Of a DNA stretch of 64,000 nt, positions 1-11,986 are shown one piece after another. The notes under the pieces were generated by a model, which searched no databases, was not told where the DNA came from, and saw only the letters and a program-made list of their open reading frames with translations. How positions within the stretch are numbered: position 1 is the stretch's first letter; every line of letters begins with the position of its first letter. The stretch covers positions 1,736,001-1,800,000 of the forward strand of contig JANHCV010000007.1 of the NCBI GenBank assembly GCA_025594325.1, given 5' to 3'. This stretch comes from Blastocladiella emersonii ATCC 22665 (Eukaryota > Fungi > Blastocladiomycota). Made by a program: the position numbers and the translations under genes.

Positions 1-2
1 GC

Positions 3-812
3 CCGGCCCCCGCCACCGACCTCGCGTGGGTTGCGACGTGGGACGCGGGCGACGCCGACACCTGGCGCGCGTGTTTTACGATTCTCGCGACAGACCCGCG
101 CACGTCGCCGGGCGCAGGGCTCGCGCTCGACCTGGCGATTGTGGGCGGGCACCTCGGCCTGGTGCACCTACTCCTGCGCACGCCGGGCGCAATCCCACCC
201 GCGCGCCGCGGCCGCGCGCTGCGTGTCGCCGCACAGACGGGCCGGTGGCCGGTCGTGTGTGCGCTGCTGCGCGAGCACGCGGCGGACATGGACCCGCGGG
301 CCGACGGGTACGCGGCGGTGCACGTCGCCCTCACACGGGGCCACGCGGCGGCGGCGGTCGCGCTGCTGAGCGACGCGCGCGTGGACCGGTCCGCGGGCGA
401 CGGCGCGTTCCTGCGAGCGGCGGCGCGCGGCGGGATGGTTGAGGTTGTGCGGGTCCTGGTCGACGATCCGCGCGTCGACCCGGGCGCGGACGACTGCGCG
501 GCGCTGCAGGAGGCGGCGGACGCGGGGCACGCCGAGATTGTGCGGGTGCTCCTTGCGACGGGCCGCGTGGATCCGACGGCCAATGCACAGTTCGCGCTGC
601 AGCTCGCGTGTCTCCACGGGCACGAGGAGGTGGTCCGCGAGCTGCTGGCGCACCCAAAGGTCGACCCGTCGGCGGACGGGAACGCGGCGGCGGTCATGGC
701 GGTGCGCCACGGGCACACGGAGATGGTCAAGGTGCTCATGGAGAGCCCGCGGTTTCGCATCGAGGTGCCGCGCGAGGCGCGGCCGGGGACGGGGTCGCGG
801 ATGCAGCAGTAG
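3..812 (+). CDS. Ankyrin-repeat protein (5' end outside window)
   Basis: Frame is open from base 3. Repeated motifs LRAAARGGMVEVVRVLVDDPRVDP, LQEAADAGHAEIVRVLL, LQLACLHGHEEVVRELL and AVRHGHTEMVKVL. Confidence 0.85.
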   Translation, partial: PAPATDLAWVATWDAGDADTWRACFTILATDPRTSPGAGLALDLAIVGGHLGLVHLLLRTPGAIPPARRGRALRVAAQTGRWPVVCALLREHAADMDPRADGYAAVHVALTRGHAAAAVALLSDARVDRSAGDGAFLRAAARGGMVEVVRVLVDDPRVDPGADDCAALQEAADAGHAEIVRVLLATGRVDPTANAQFALQLACLHGHEEVVRELLAHPKVDPSADGNAAAVMAVRHGHTEMVKVLMESPRFRIEVPREARPGTGSRMQQ

Positions 813-838
813 CGCGGGGAAGGATATACATTGCACGT

Positions 839-1946
839 TCAGTACCACCAGAAATAGTAGGCGCCCGCGGCGACGGCCGTGAGCAGACTCGAGGCAAAGT
901 TGACGGCCTCGTTGTTGAGTAGCGCGTGGCCCGAGACCAGCTTGGTCTTGGGACCCGGCCGCTTCGCGATGCACTTGCGCTCCTCATCGTAGTAGGTCGC
1001 CTGCACCATGGCGCCGAGCAGCGAGTCGAGCTACACGGAGACTTGTTAGCGTTGCGTCCGTTCGCCCATAGCATCGCGATCGCGTACCATGGATCCAGCG
1101 AACCCAAACACGCCGCCGAGCGCGACGAGCTGCCACGCGGGGGTCGCGGTGAACCATGCGGCCGAACCCGCGCACGCCTCAGCGGGCCACATCCATGCGA
1201 CGCCCGCGGCGGTGAGCCCCATGAGCGCGCCGCCCGCCACACTGGCGAGGGTGCCGATGGGCGTCAGGCCGCCGTTGGTGCCGTGCGGAACCTAAACAAC
1301 GCAGGAGGTGAGTTCTGAGCACACGAAAGGGCAAGCTCGTCCCGCACGTACACGTTGACCCGTCGTGATGAGCACGGGCAGCTTGGTCGACGGGAACGCG
1401 GTGCCGATCTCGCTCGCGAACGTGTCGCCGGCGCAGCACGCGTAGTGGCTAGACGTTTCGCCGCACCGAACGAGTCAGTCGACAGCCGCGCGCGACCTCG
1501 TCGCGGACGCAACGTACGCGAGGTACGCGGCCGCGAGCGCGCGGTCCCACGCCGCACACGCGTCGCCAGCCGCGGCCGCGAGGTAGGAGTGCGCAACAGT
1601 GATCGCAGTACCCGTTGCAGCCGTGCACAGCACCTGCCAGACGTCACGGTTGCCCTCTACAGGCGTGGCCGACTCAGTTCCCACTGCTGCAGCGCATCGT
1701 CACGCCCAGCGTACCCGAATGGTATCCCTCCTCGATCTTCGCCTTGTGCGCCTTACCGATCTTGGTCACCCGCGAGCCAGAGAGGTAGAAGGCGAGGAGG
1801 ACGGCGCCGAAGACGGGGTCGGCGCGGGAGAAGGTGGCGAGGCCGACGGCGACGCCCGCCGCGGCACCCGAGGGCGCGAGCGAGCGCTTTCGCAATCCGT
1901 GGGCGCCGAGGGCGAGGGAGAGGCCAGTTGCGGCGACGAGATGCAT
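839..1946 (-). CDS. TMEM19/DUF92-family membrane protein, multi-exon
   Basis: Spliced pieces MHLVAATGLSLALGAHGLRKRSLAPSGA, SRVTKIGKAHKAKIEEGY, GNRDVWQVL, CAGDTFASEIG, VPPGTNGGLTPIG, DSLLGAMVQATYYD and LLNNEAVN match DUF92 motifs. GT-AG introns lie between them. Confidence 0.85.
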
Positions 1947-2270
1947 GGCAGTCTGCGGTGGTTGAGGGAGCGAGGACCGTGCGTGGCGTCGCTCGCCTTC
2001 AAGACGCGAAGCGCCACTCATTCTCGGTGAGAGATCCTCCGGTCCCAACGAGTTCAGGCCGGACGAGTGGCTAAGGAACCTGACGAGAGAGATCAGGGAA
2101 CACAGGACAAGACGAGACAGGGGAGACGAGTTTAACAAGAAATTCCGCGCACTGCTATATTGACAACCGCAACACCGAACAGAAGGGGCCCGTCAGGACC
2201 GCCCCCGCCCGAGCGAGACGCCTATCCTCATGGCAGGGACGACGACACAAGGCAACCAAGAAGGGCGCGC

Positions 2271-2918
2271 TTAGGCAGCGACGCGCTTGAAGTACTTGGC
2301 GAGCGAGCCGTGGTTGTTGTGGATCTTGACGCCGTTGCCGTCGGGGACGACCGAGCCGTTCTGGATACCCTCGGCGAAGGCCTCGCGCGAGAGCTTGGTG
2401 AAGCCCCACTTCTTAGAGACGAGGATCTTCTGGCGGCCGGGGAACTTGTACTTGGCGCGGCGGAGAGCCTCGATGACGACGGCCTTGTTCGAGTCCTTGG
2501 TGCGGATCGAGAAAAGGATCTGGCCAATGGCGACGCGGGCCACGACACCGTACGGCTTACCGTAGGCACCACGCATACCGGTCTGGAGACGATCGGCGCC
2601 GGCGCACGACAGCATCTTGTTGATGCGGAGCACGTGCCACGGGTGGACGCGCACGCGCAGGTGGAACGAGTCCTTGCCGGCCTGCTTGATGATGAAGCGG
2701 TTAGCCGTGACGCGGGCGGCCTCGAGCGCCTCGGACGAGATCTGCTGCAGCTCGTCCGACAGCAGGTGCACGCAGAGCGGGAACTCCTCGACACCGGCCT
2801 TCTTGCGGCCCATGTCGTAGATCCGGATCTTGGCGTCGGGGACACCACGGCAGAACCGCGACTTGGGGTACGGCTTGTTCTTGCAGTAGCGGTAGCAACG
2901 CGACGGACGACGACCCAT
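2271..2918 (-). CDS. RPL10: 60S ribosomal protein L10 (uL16)
   Basis: [35 protein letters not shown]...[20 protein letters not shown] is the canonical uL16 sequence. Confidence 0.99.
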   Translation of the reverse strand: MGRRPSRCYRYCKNKPYPKSRFCRGVPDAKIRIYDMGRKKAGVEEFPLCVHLLSDELQQISSEALEAARVTANRFIIKQAGKDSFHLRVRVHPWHVLRINKMLSCAGADRLQTGMRGAYGKPYGVVARVAIGQILFSIRTKDSNKAVVIEALRRAKYKFPGRQKILVSKKWGFTKLSREAFAEGIQNGSVVPDGNGVKIHNNHGSLAKYFKRVAA

Positions 2919-4127
2919 CTTGGACTAGAGAGGGCAAGCAAGCGAGCGAGGAACAGGGCCCGTTGTGGGATGGGAGGGTTTGGGTGAGGGTCTGAGTGGG
3001 AGGGTCCAGAGTGGGCGATTTGTGGGAGAAGGGCGGAGTGAGGGAAGCGCCAGCGACCGCGACTCCGGCGATGACCATGATCCGTGGAGCGCTGGGGAAC
3101 AGGACCGGCCCTAGGTGCGCTCGCGACACGCCCACGAACACAGGCATGAACGAGACCACCACGGGGGGCGCTCGAGTATACCTGCAAACGCCACCGCGAT
3201 CGCCGGCGCCACGAGAACGAGCAGCGTCCGCGACTTCCGAGTCGCAGTACCGGACGCTAGCCCATTTTCACGGACGCAACGGCGACGCAGGTTCGCCCGA
3301 CGTGAGCCCCGCGCGCCGTCCACCACCGTGCGTTCTGCACACGAGGAAACGCGCACGTCCGTTTCAACGGCAGCGCCGACGCCGGCCCCCGTGCGGAGGT
3401 TACAACGTCGAACACAAATCCGTTCCGCGGAACGTGCGGCGGCCGTCCCATCCGCATTCGGCGATGGTGCCACCAGCGGTTTCGAAAATGCGATAGTGGC
3501 GCGGCCTAGGGTTGTCTCGAGCGGCGATTCCGCGAGGTGCCACGCAGCATCCATCCGGGCGTTTACAGCGACGAGAGGCTCCTCGCATCACCCGGATGGC
3601 GCCGCGTGCCCTCCATAGTAGGGCGTCGGTCGGCCGCTCGGGGGCGTAGGTCGGCCATGCGCCGTGCAGCGTGCGGGCACGGTCGTCGTCGTCGCGGTCG
3701 TTGCGCGTGGTGCGCGTGGGGTGCGTGATGCGTGTGTAGGTCCGTTGCGTACAATCTGGACAAATGTCGAGGAGGGAGCGAGTAGGGTCTGTGAACGGGG
3801 CTTTCGTAGCAGCAGGGGCTGGGCGGGTGGGCAGGGATGGGAGGGGACACGTGAGTGGGCTGAACTGGCTGACGCCACACGGTGAAGGACTTACGCTTCT
3901 GCCTCAGCGGCGGCGCCCCCGCCCTTTTGTACGGCGCGCTCCCTCCACAGCTTGCGGGCTTGCCGCGCGCTGCCGACGGCCGGGTTACGTCAGGCTCAGC
4001 CTGTGCATTTGTCAGCTGTGCTGTGCACGACGCGAGCGAGGCCGCGTCGACTCAACTCATCTGGCGAGAGAACATGGGCGACGCAACGAGTGTATTCCTC
4101 GCGGGCGGCGTGACGCGCCCTCCTCGC

Positions 4128-6897
4128 TCAGTCTTCCTCCTCTTCCTCTTCCTCGAGGATGGTCATGGACCGCTGCGGGCGCGGCGGGATGCCCCCGCGC
4201 GCTTGCTGCGAACCGAGTCCACCCGCAAAGTCAGCCTCGCCCTCGGGCAACGCCTCGCACCTCGCGCATCCGTCGGTGCCGTCACACCCGCCGTCGCCCC
4301 CATCGTCCTCGGCGGCCTCGGCGCGCGACGCGAGCTCCTGCTCGAGCGCGACGAGCGAGTTGCGGGCAAACGCGTGCCAGCGCGCGGCTGGCGCGGGGCT
4401 CGCAGCCGGCCACTGCGCGTCGGCGTCGGCGGGCGGGACGACCGCGGGGTGCTGCTGCGCGTCGCGCGGCGAGCGGCGGAGGCGTTCCGCGAGCAGCGTG
4501 TACGTGGCGAACTCGAGCGACGGCGTGCGCGTGGCCGCGAGCGCGCGCACGCGGTGCGGGTCTGGGAACTCGCTCGGGAACTGCTGGCACATGGAGCGCA
4601 CCAGGGCCTCGTTGATGGGCACGCGTGGGGGTGGAGGGAGGGGAGTGTCCGGGTCGGTGCACTCGGCGGGGGTTTCCGAGGGGACGAACAGGTGCGGGCA
4701 GTCGGCGCGCTCGAGCGCGAACCATGCGGCTGACTGGACCTCGTGGATGGTCGCACGCTTGAGCGGGTCCGGGTTGAGCATGTGCACGATGAGGGCGCGG
4801 AGGTCTGTTCACGCTCAATCGTCAGTCGAGTGCTCAAAGCACGGCCATGCAGCTGAGAAACATACCGCTCGACATGGTCGACGGGAAATCAATCTGCCCC
4901 GCCATCATCTGCTGGTACATGCGAACGAGGTTCCCCTCGTCGAACGGGAGGTACCCGGTGACCATGACAAACAGCGACACGCCGAGCGACCAGATGTCCG
5001 CGGGCATGCCGGCGTACGGCTGCTTGGCGAGCATCTCGGGCGCCGAGTAGCTGATGCTTCCGCAGAACGTGGTCATGAGTTGGTGCTGCGACTCGAGGAT
5101 GTTGGTGAACCCGAAGTCGATGAGCTGCACCTGCCCGTCGCCGTTGATGAGGATGTTGTCGGGCTTGAGGTCGCGGTGCACGATCCCGCGCGAGTGGCAG
5201 TACTCGAGCGCGTGCGCGACCTGCGCGACGAGGTGCCGCGCGCGGGACTCGCTCATGCCCGTGCGCAGCTCGTCGGGCAGCTGGCCGTCGCTGAGCAGCC
5301 GCAGCTGCGAGCCCGTGCCCGCGCCTACGGTCGCCGACGCCACCGGTGCCGCGCCGCGCTCGCGGTCCGCCCGGAGCGCGCGCTCGACCTGGGCCGTCCG
5401 CTCGCGCGCGTGGTTGACGAGATACTCGAGCAAGTCTCCTCCGGGCTCGAACTGGAACACGAGCTGGACGGCGGTGGGCGTGTCCATGACCTGGAGGAGC
5501 GACGCGATGTTCGGGTGCGCGAGCGACGCCGTGACGGCGATCTCGCGCATGGCCGCGTGCCACGACGCCGGGTCGAGCTGCAGCGTCGCCTTGTCGAGGC
5601 ACTTGACGACGACCGACTCGCCCGTCAGCACGTGCGTCGCCAGCTTGATCTTGCCCGCAGACCCCTCGACGAGCGTGCGCTGCATCGCGTACATGGCGGG
5701 TGTCGAGGTCATGGCGACGGGGCGCAGCGAGGCTACGTGGATGTGGCCCTCGCCCGTCGCACCGAGGCTCGGCGTCGGGTATGCCGGGAGCGACGCGGGC
5801 GGTTGCTGTTGCTGTTGCTGCGGCGTGGACGGTTGCGCGGCAGGCGTCGACTTGGAGAAATCGACTACCACCGGCGACGCCTCCACCGTCTCGGTCTCCC
5901 CCGCGGTCGAGACGTCTGCGAAGGACCGAATGAGGCCCGACAGCGCGGCGAGCCGTTCAATCGGCGTCATCTGGGCGGCGTCCGCGGGTGAGACGGGCGC
6001 GACGCGTGGGTCGCGGAGCGCGAACGCACTGCCGTGGCGCGCGGGGGTTGCCGAGAGCGACGACGACGTTGGGGTATCACCGCCGTCCTCGGCGAGGTTG
6101 CCCGGCGCGCTGATGGCGCGGTTGCCCGGACCCAGCGCGTGGTCGCTCGGGACGCGCAGCGGAGACAGCGTGTTGCGGTCGAGGTGTCCGGCGCTCGCCG
6201 TCGGGCGCGAGCGCGCTGCGGCGGCGGAGAGCGAGAGGAGCTTGATGTTGCCGTTCCCGCTGTCGCCCGCCGACGAGTCGGTCTCGGCCCCGCCAGCGCC
6301 GCTGGTCTGCAGCGACTCGCCGGCGCTGCCGGTACGGTGCGAGAGCGGCGTCGACGACGAAGCCGAAGTATGAATTGCATCGTGGCTGTGTGCGCGCAGG
6401 GATCCCGACCGGCCACCGGCCTCGCCGTCGGGCGCCGCGAGCCGCGTGGTGGGGACGGGCACGAGGACGTTGCCGGCGGACCCGTGGTGGCCACCGCCGC
6501 CGAGCGCAGCGACCGAGGCGGCGGGGAGGCTCGACTCGGAGTGCGTGCTGCACGTCGACACGGCGAGGACGTGCGGGACGCGGTACCGGATGTCGCCGTT
6601 GGTGCCGGGCAGGCAGTCGCCCGACCCGAGCGTGTCGCTGTCGACGCTCAGGGTTGACGAGGTGGTAGACGACAGGCTGGAGGCGGTATAGTTGGTGGCG
6701 GCACGGGGCGGTTCAGGGACTCGCGCGACGACGGGCGACGGTGGGAGCGGGGTGGTCCACGCCGCGACGGACGAGGGCTCGCACGGCGCGGTGCGCGGCT
6801 CGGTGGCAGCAGCACATGACGGCGGCGGAGAAGGTGGCGGTTGCGGAGGTCGTGGCGGCAGCGGCTCGACCAGGGGAAGAAGCGGCGGGTGGGTCAT
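4128..6897 (-). CDS. Ser/Thr protein kinase, CAMK group (MARK/SNF1/KIN1-like), long low-complexity N-terminus; intron ~4805-4865
   Basis: VVVKCLDK, HPNIASL, HRDLKPDN, DFGF, TFCGSISYSAPE and DIWSLGV motifs. Splicing restores SSDLRALIVHMLNPDP. The start codon (MTHPP) is inferred. Confidence 0.9.
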
Positions 6898-7175
6898 GGT
6901 TACGAGGCCGCGAACATGCTCGGCGGCGGGACGGGTTGCAGGTGAGGTGGCGGTGGTGGTGTTGCAGCTAGTCGAGCCGTTTACATGCGAGATCCATGAG
7001 AGAGCGGAGCGATGTGGTGGGAGGGAGGATGAGATGATCACGAAAAAATACGAGACAAGGGGAGGAGACGAGGGAGACACGAAGCCACGCGACGAACATG
7101 CCGCCCGCCCTCTTTGCCGCCCTCACCTCTTCTCTCCCGCATCCTCCACGAATAGACCCTCAGTGCAACGTAAAC

Positions 7176-7659
7176 ATGTCGCAAGCGCCCGCCAACCAGG
7201 CCTGGAAGGCCACGACCACGGCCAAGCCCGCCGCGCCCGCGCCGTGAGTTCCCCTCTCCTTGCAGCCTTGGTGCCTCCCTGCTGACACGGGGCGACTCTC
7301 TTAGCGCCGCGGCACCCAAGCCCGCCGTCGACGACGACGACTGGGAGACGGACCCGGACTTTGTCAACGACGTGAGCGAGAAGCAGAGCCGGTGGGGGTC
7401 CAAGTCGATCCCGGAGACCATGGACTCGCGCACCAACGAGAAGGTCAAGCTGTCTGGTACGCTCTCCCGTCGCTGACACCGTCGCCGTGCGCCGTCACTG
7501 AACTCGCCCGCCCACGTAGAGATCCGCGACGCCGTCAAGGAGACGCACGACGCGGCGCGCATCGAAGAGTACAAGGCGACCTCCAACTTCAGCCGCGGGT
7601 ACGGCGGTCAGTTTGGCGTTGAGAAGGACCGCATGGACAAGTCGGCGCACCGCCACTAG
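7176..7659 (+). CDS. Miniature cortactin/HS1-like protein, 119 aa, 3 exons (7176-7243, 7305-7456, 7520-7659)
   Basis: Spliced product contains [25 protein letters not shown] and [17 protein letters not shown], i.e. the cortactin N-terminal acidic motif plus an HS1 repeat. Exon lengths sum to 360 nt. Confidence 0.9.
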
Positions 7660-7911
7660 CTCATCGTTTATATACGTGGACCGTTTGTGAGAGAGCGTGC
7701 GAGCGAGAGCCGCTGCTGAGCCACCACGAAAAAAACGCATGTCGCGAGGCCCATGGCGGCGGGTCATGCCGCGCCGCGTGACTGAAATCAACTCGCCCTC
7801 ACAGCGATCCCCGCTCCGCGCCACCCTCTGCGCCGCCGCCGCTGACCTCGCCACTGGGCAAAGAGAGAGAGATCGCCGTGACGACGTCGTAACGCAACCT
7901 CACACCCTACC

Positions 7912-9564
7912 ATGATTACTTCGCTCAAGTGGATCCGGCGCGGCGCGTGTGCCTCGGAGCCGCGCCGCGTGGTCGCCGACAGCGAGGAGTACAAGCGCAT
8001 GGCCGAGCGCGCGGGCTTCGAGCTCGACGACGCCAAAGACGAGCTCGAGCGTGCGCAGCTCGCGGCTGGCAGCGGCACCGTCGACGACGGCGACGAGGAC
8101 GGCAACTGGAACGACGGCGAGGACGGCGACGAGAGCGACTCGGGCGTCGACAGCGACGATGACGACGATGCCATGGACGTCGAGCCCGCTGACGAGCTCG
8201 CCGAGTACAAGCTCGACGACTACGACAACGAGCCCACGTCGGCAATTGAGAGTACGGTTTGCTCGCCGCTAGGTCACGGCTGATCCGTCCACCGCTCACC
8301 TGCTTCACATCACCCCCCAGACGTCAACATCTTCAGCAACGTCAAGTCGGTCGCGTACCACGCCGACGGGTCCGAGGACCCGTACGTGACCAACGTGGAC
8401 GACGAGCTCGAGGAGGAGGACGAGGAGGCGCTCCTGATCGCTCCCTACGACAGCGTGCTGGTGGTTGCGACCAAGGCCGACGACATTCCGCAGCTCGAGT
8501 TCCAGGTCCTCGAGGGCGAGCCCGACGAGGACGACGACGACGAGGACGAGGTCGCCGACACCCGCACCAACCTGTACACGCACCACGACGTGATGCTGCC
8601 CGCCATCGCGTTCGACGTCGAGTGGTTCGACTACGTGCCCGGCGCCAAGACCGAGTTCAAGTCGACGGCGCACTCGACCGACACGGGCAGCTTCGTCGCG
8701 GTCGCCGGCCACACGTCCGATATCGAGCTGTGGGACGCGGACGTGATCGACGCCATGTTCCCCGTGGCCGTGCTCGGCGCGCCGCGCGGCAAGGACGCGG
8801 CGGGCAACCTGCAGGCCAAGTCCAAGAAGGTCAACGACGCGTACCACGTGTCGTCGGTGCTGTCGCTGTCGTGGAACGCCAGCCACCGCAACTTCCTCGC
8901 GTCCGGGTCCGCCGACACGACCGTCAAGATCTGGGACCTCGACACGCTGAGCGCGGTGCGCTCGCTTGTCCCGCACGTCGCCACGCCGACGGCGCGCAAG
9001 GGCGCCAAGGTGTGCCTGACGCGGTGGGCGCCCGCGGCGCCGACGTGCCTGCTGACGGGCGGGTTCGACTCGTCGGTGCGCTTCTTCGACACGCGGTCGC
9101 CCGAGTCGGCGCTGCGCGTGAACCTGACGGCGGACCCGGAGTCGGCCGTGTTCAACCACCCGGCGTCGGACTCGCAGGTGTTTGTGTCGACCGAGGACGG
9201 GCACATTGTGCTGGTCGACCTGCGCAACGCCGCGTCGCCCGTGTGGACGCTCAAGGCGCACGACGGCGGGTCCGCGGCGTGCATCTCGCTGACGCCCATG
9301 GGCACGACGCTGGCGTCGGTCGGCGGCAAGGACAAGACGGTCAAGCTGTGGAACGTGGCGTCGGGCAAGCCCGAGCAGCGGCACGCTCGCCAGCTCCAGC
9401 TCGGCCAGCTGTTCACGTGCGCGTGGTGCCCCGACCAGGAGGGCGTGCTCGCCGTCGGCGGCGAGCGCGGGTCCGTCGTCCTCGACCTCAACATGAATGC
9501 CGTCATCACGGCGAACGCCAACTTTGGCGGCGAGGACGGCGACTCGGAGAGCGACGGCGAGTAG
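7912..9564 (+). CDS. PWP1: Periodic tryptophan protein 1 (WD40, rRNA processing); intron 8252-8320
   Basis: MITSLKWIRRG start, acidic region, NLYTHHDVMLPA, and WD repeats (LASGSADTTVKIWDL). Confidence 0.92.
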
Positions 9565-9660
9565 ACGGGTCGGTGGTTGTTGCGGTATAAATCTTAGTTC
9601 TTCTCACCTCGGTCGTCATGCGCGGTTATGTACAAAATCGTGTTGTTTTGGGGAGGAGAA

Positions 9661-10425
9661 TCAAAAGAGCGCGTCGTCGGAGCGCGAAAAGTAGTGGCCG
9701 TACGCGACGATGGTGCCGTACACGAGCACGCCGCCCGTCACGGACATGATGCCGGCGGTCGGGTCGATCTACGCGCTGGCGCGTTAGTGGGGTTGGTGCG
9801 GGTGGGCTGCGCGACAACGTACGATGCCCGAGCGCGTGAGGGCCAGCGGGAGACCTACACCAGTGCAGGCGTGAGCGGCGGCGCGACTTGACGTGAAGCG
9901 AGCGCGTGCGTACCGAAGCCCGACACGACGAGGAACGAGGTCAGGAAGAAGCCGGCGTCCCTCCACCCGCTACACGCGTGCGATGCATCAGCAACCGGTT
10001 CCTGCGCGGGTGAGGCGCAGCACGGACGGACCTGCTGCTCTGGTCCGAGAAGACGTCGTCGGCGCCGGTGCACCGCGTGCAGATCATGTTGGGCAGCGGC
10101 GCGAGAATGTACGTGAAGACTGGGACGGGCAGGGCGTCAGTGAGACCTCGGGGGTCCGAATGACGCCAGTGACGGACCGATGAGCAGCGGGAGCCAGTTG
10201 CTGTACAGGGCGCACGCCAGGACGACGAGCAGGAAGCCGGTCGCGAGGGCGGTCGCGAGGGCAATGACACTGAGAAGATCACGGTGTTAGGTCGGGCCTC
10301 GAGAGCAGCGTGCCGGGTCCCATCGTACGCTACACGATCGGGCGCAGTGAGTGCCACCGCGTCGCGCAGCACGCTCCCCTTCATTCATCGCGGAGGCATA
10401 CTTCTTACTCCAGCGGGGCGGGCCA
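9661..10425 (-). CDS. VPS55: Vacuolar protein sorting 55 (OB-RGRP family), ~6 exons
   Basis: Spliced VIALATALATGFLLVVLACALYSNWLPLLI / VFTYILAPLPNMIC / GWRDAGFFLTSFLVVSGF / GLPLALTRSGI / IDPTAGIMSVTGGVLVYGTIVAY. Confidence 0.88.
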
Positions 10426-10656
10426 TGGTGTCGATGCGTAGAGTTACGTTGCGTGTAGGTTCGGGTTAGCCGAGAAGGCAGAGGGAGGGAGGAGAGCGGA
10501 GGGAAGAAGGAAGAGCGGCGCGAGCAGCGCGACGGGCGCACGCGGGCCCAGCTGACGCTCTCGCTCGCGGCGCGCCCGGTCTGTCTCCCGCCTCGAGCCG
10601 GCCGCGAAACCGTCTCCCGCCGCCGCTCCCCTGGTCCTCGAACCCCAAAACCCGCT

Positions 10657-11931
10657 ATGTATGAGCTACCGCGCCGCGCAAACAAGCGCAAGAGCATCGA
10701 AAAGGCCAAGCGCGCCGCCGACCCGCTCCCCGCCGGCACCTCGCTCGCGTCCGCATCGGCACCCCCACCGCCTGCCCACACGCAGACGCAGAAGCAGCTG
10801 AAGCGCAAGGAGAAGAAGCTCAACAAGCGCCAGCTCAAGGCCGCCCTCGCTGCCGCTACCGGACCACAACTCGACGACGACGTGGCAACCATGGCGCCAT
10901 CACCACACTCGCACCCCGCCGCCGCTGCCGCCGCGGCTGCCCCGGCGTTCGTCCCGGGACCGCCCAAGCCGTACCTGGTCATCCTCGGTCCGTGCTGCAT
11001 CCCTGTTGCCCAACCACGTGGCCATGAACTGACCCGACTTGCCCGCGTAGACCTGAACGGCTGCCTCATTGCGCGCCCGAGCAAGGAGGAGCACGCGCGG
11101 GCGCGCAAGTCGCCGCACGGTCTGCCGTTCCGCGTCGCGTCCGTGGCCAGGAAGCCCGTGTACCTGCGGCCGCACCTGGCGGGGTTCGCGCGTGTCCTGG
11201 CCGAGAACCCGCGCCTCGACTTCGCCGTGTGGACGTCGGCGGCGCCAGAGAACGCGGCCAAGCTGATCGAGCTGTCGCTCGGCGAGGATTTCGCGCGCCG
11301 GCTGCGGTTCGTGTGGGGCCGCAACAAGTGCACGGCCGACGACCGCAACCCGGACAAGCCGTGGGCCACGCTCAAGGACCTGCGCAACGTGTTCCACGCC
11401 CACCCCGAGTACGCGCCCGAGCGCACCGTCATCGTCGACGACTCCATGTACAAGTGCCGCCTCAACCCCGACAACGCCGTGGTGCTGCCGCAGTGGGACC
11501 TCGCCGACCACTCGCGCTCGCCGCTCGACGACGCCGTCTTGCTCGACCTCGCCGCGTACCTCCACCTCCTCGCCCGCGCGAGCCCCACCGACGTGCGCGA
11601 GTGGATCCGCCCACACCCGTTCTCGATCCCGCAGCTCACGCCCGGTGCGGCGGCGGGCGACATGCAGCGCGTCCGGTTCGTCTCAAACCCGGCGTGGAAC
11701 TTTGTCGCCCCACCATCACCACCACCGGCGGCTGCCGCTGCGCCGGGTACGACGGCGGACGGGACCAGCGTCGCTGCCGGCGGCCTCGAGGCGTCCGTCT
11801 CCTTACCCGTGTCCGGGTCGTGGGTCGACCTGTGCGGCCCGATCGAGCTCGTCATGGACGGCGACGACGAGGACGCGTACTGGGAACAGGTCGAGTCTGA
11901 GACCGAGTCCCAGGCCGAGACTAGGGTCTAA
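10657..11931 (+). CDS. NIF/FCP1-like HAD-fold phosphatase-domain protein, paralog 1; intron 10988-11050
   Basis: After splicing LVILDLNGCL; also YLRPHL..F, FAVWTSA, FVWGRNKC, LKDLRNV and TVIVDDSMYKCRLNPDN. The N-terminus is Lys-rich. Confidence 0.85.
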   Translation: MYELPRRANKRKSIEKAKRAADPLPAGTSLASASAPPPPAHTQTQKQLKRKEKKLNKRQLKAALAAATGPQLDDDVATMAPSPHSHPAAAAAAAAPAFVPGPPKPYLVILGPCCIPVAQPRGHELTRLARVDLNGCLIARPSKEEHARARKSPHGLPFRVASVARKPVYLRPHLAGFARVLAENPRLDFAVWTSAAPENAAKLIELSLGEDFARRLRFVWGRNKCTADDRNPDKPWATLKDLRNVFHAHPEYAPERTVIVDDSMYKCRLNPDNAVVLPQWDLADHSRSPLDDAVLLDLAAYLHLLARASPTDVREWIRPHPFSIPQLTPGAAAGDMQRVRFVSNPAWNFVAPPSPPPAAAAAPGTTADGTSVAAGGLEASVSLPVSGSWVDLCGPIELVMDGDDEDAYWEQVESETESQAETRV

Positions 11932-11986
11932 TATATTCTGTGCGTGTCCGCGAACAACCCGCAGCGCACTGGAGCTCTCCCCGCCG

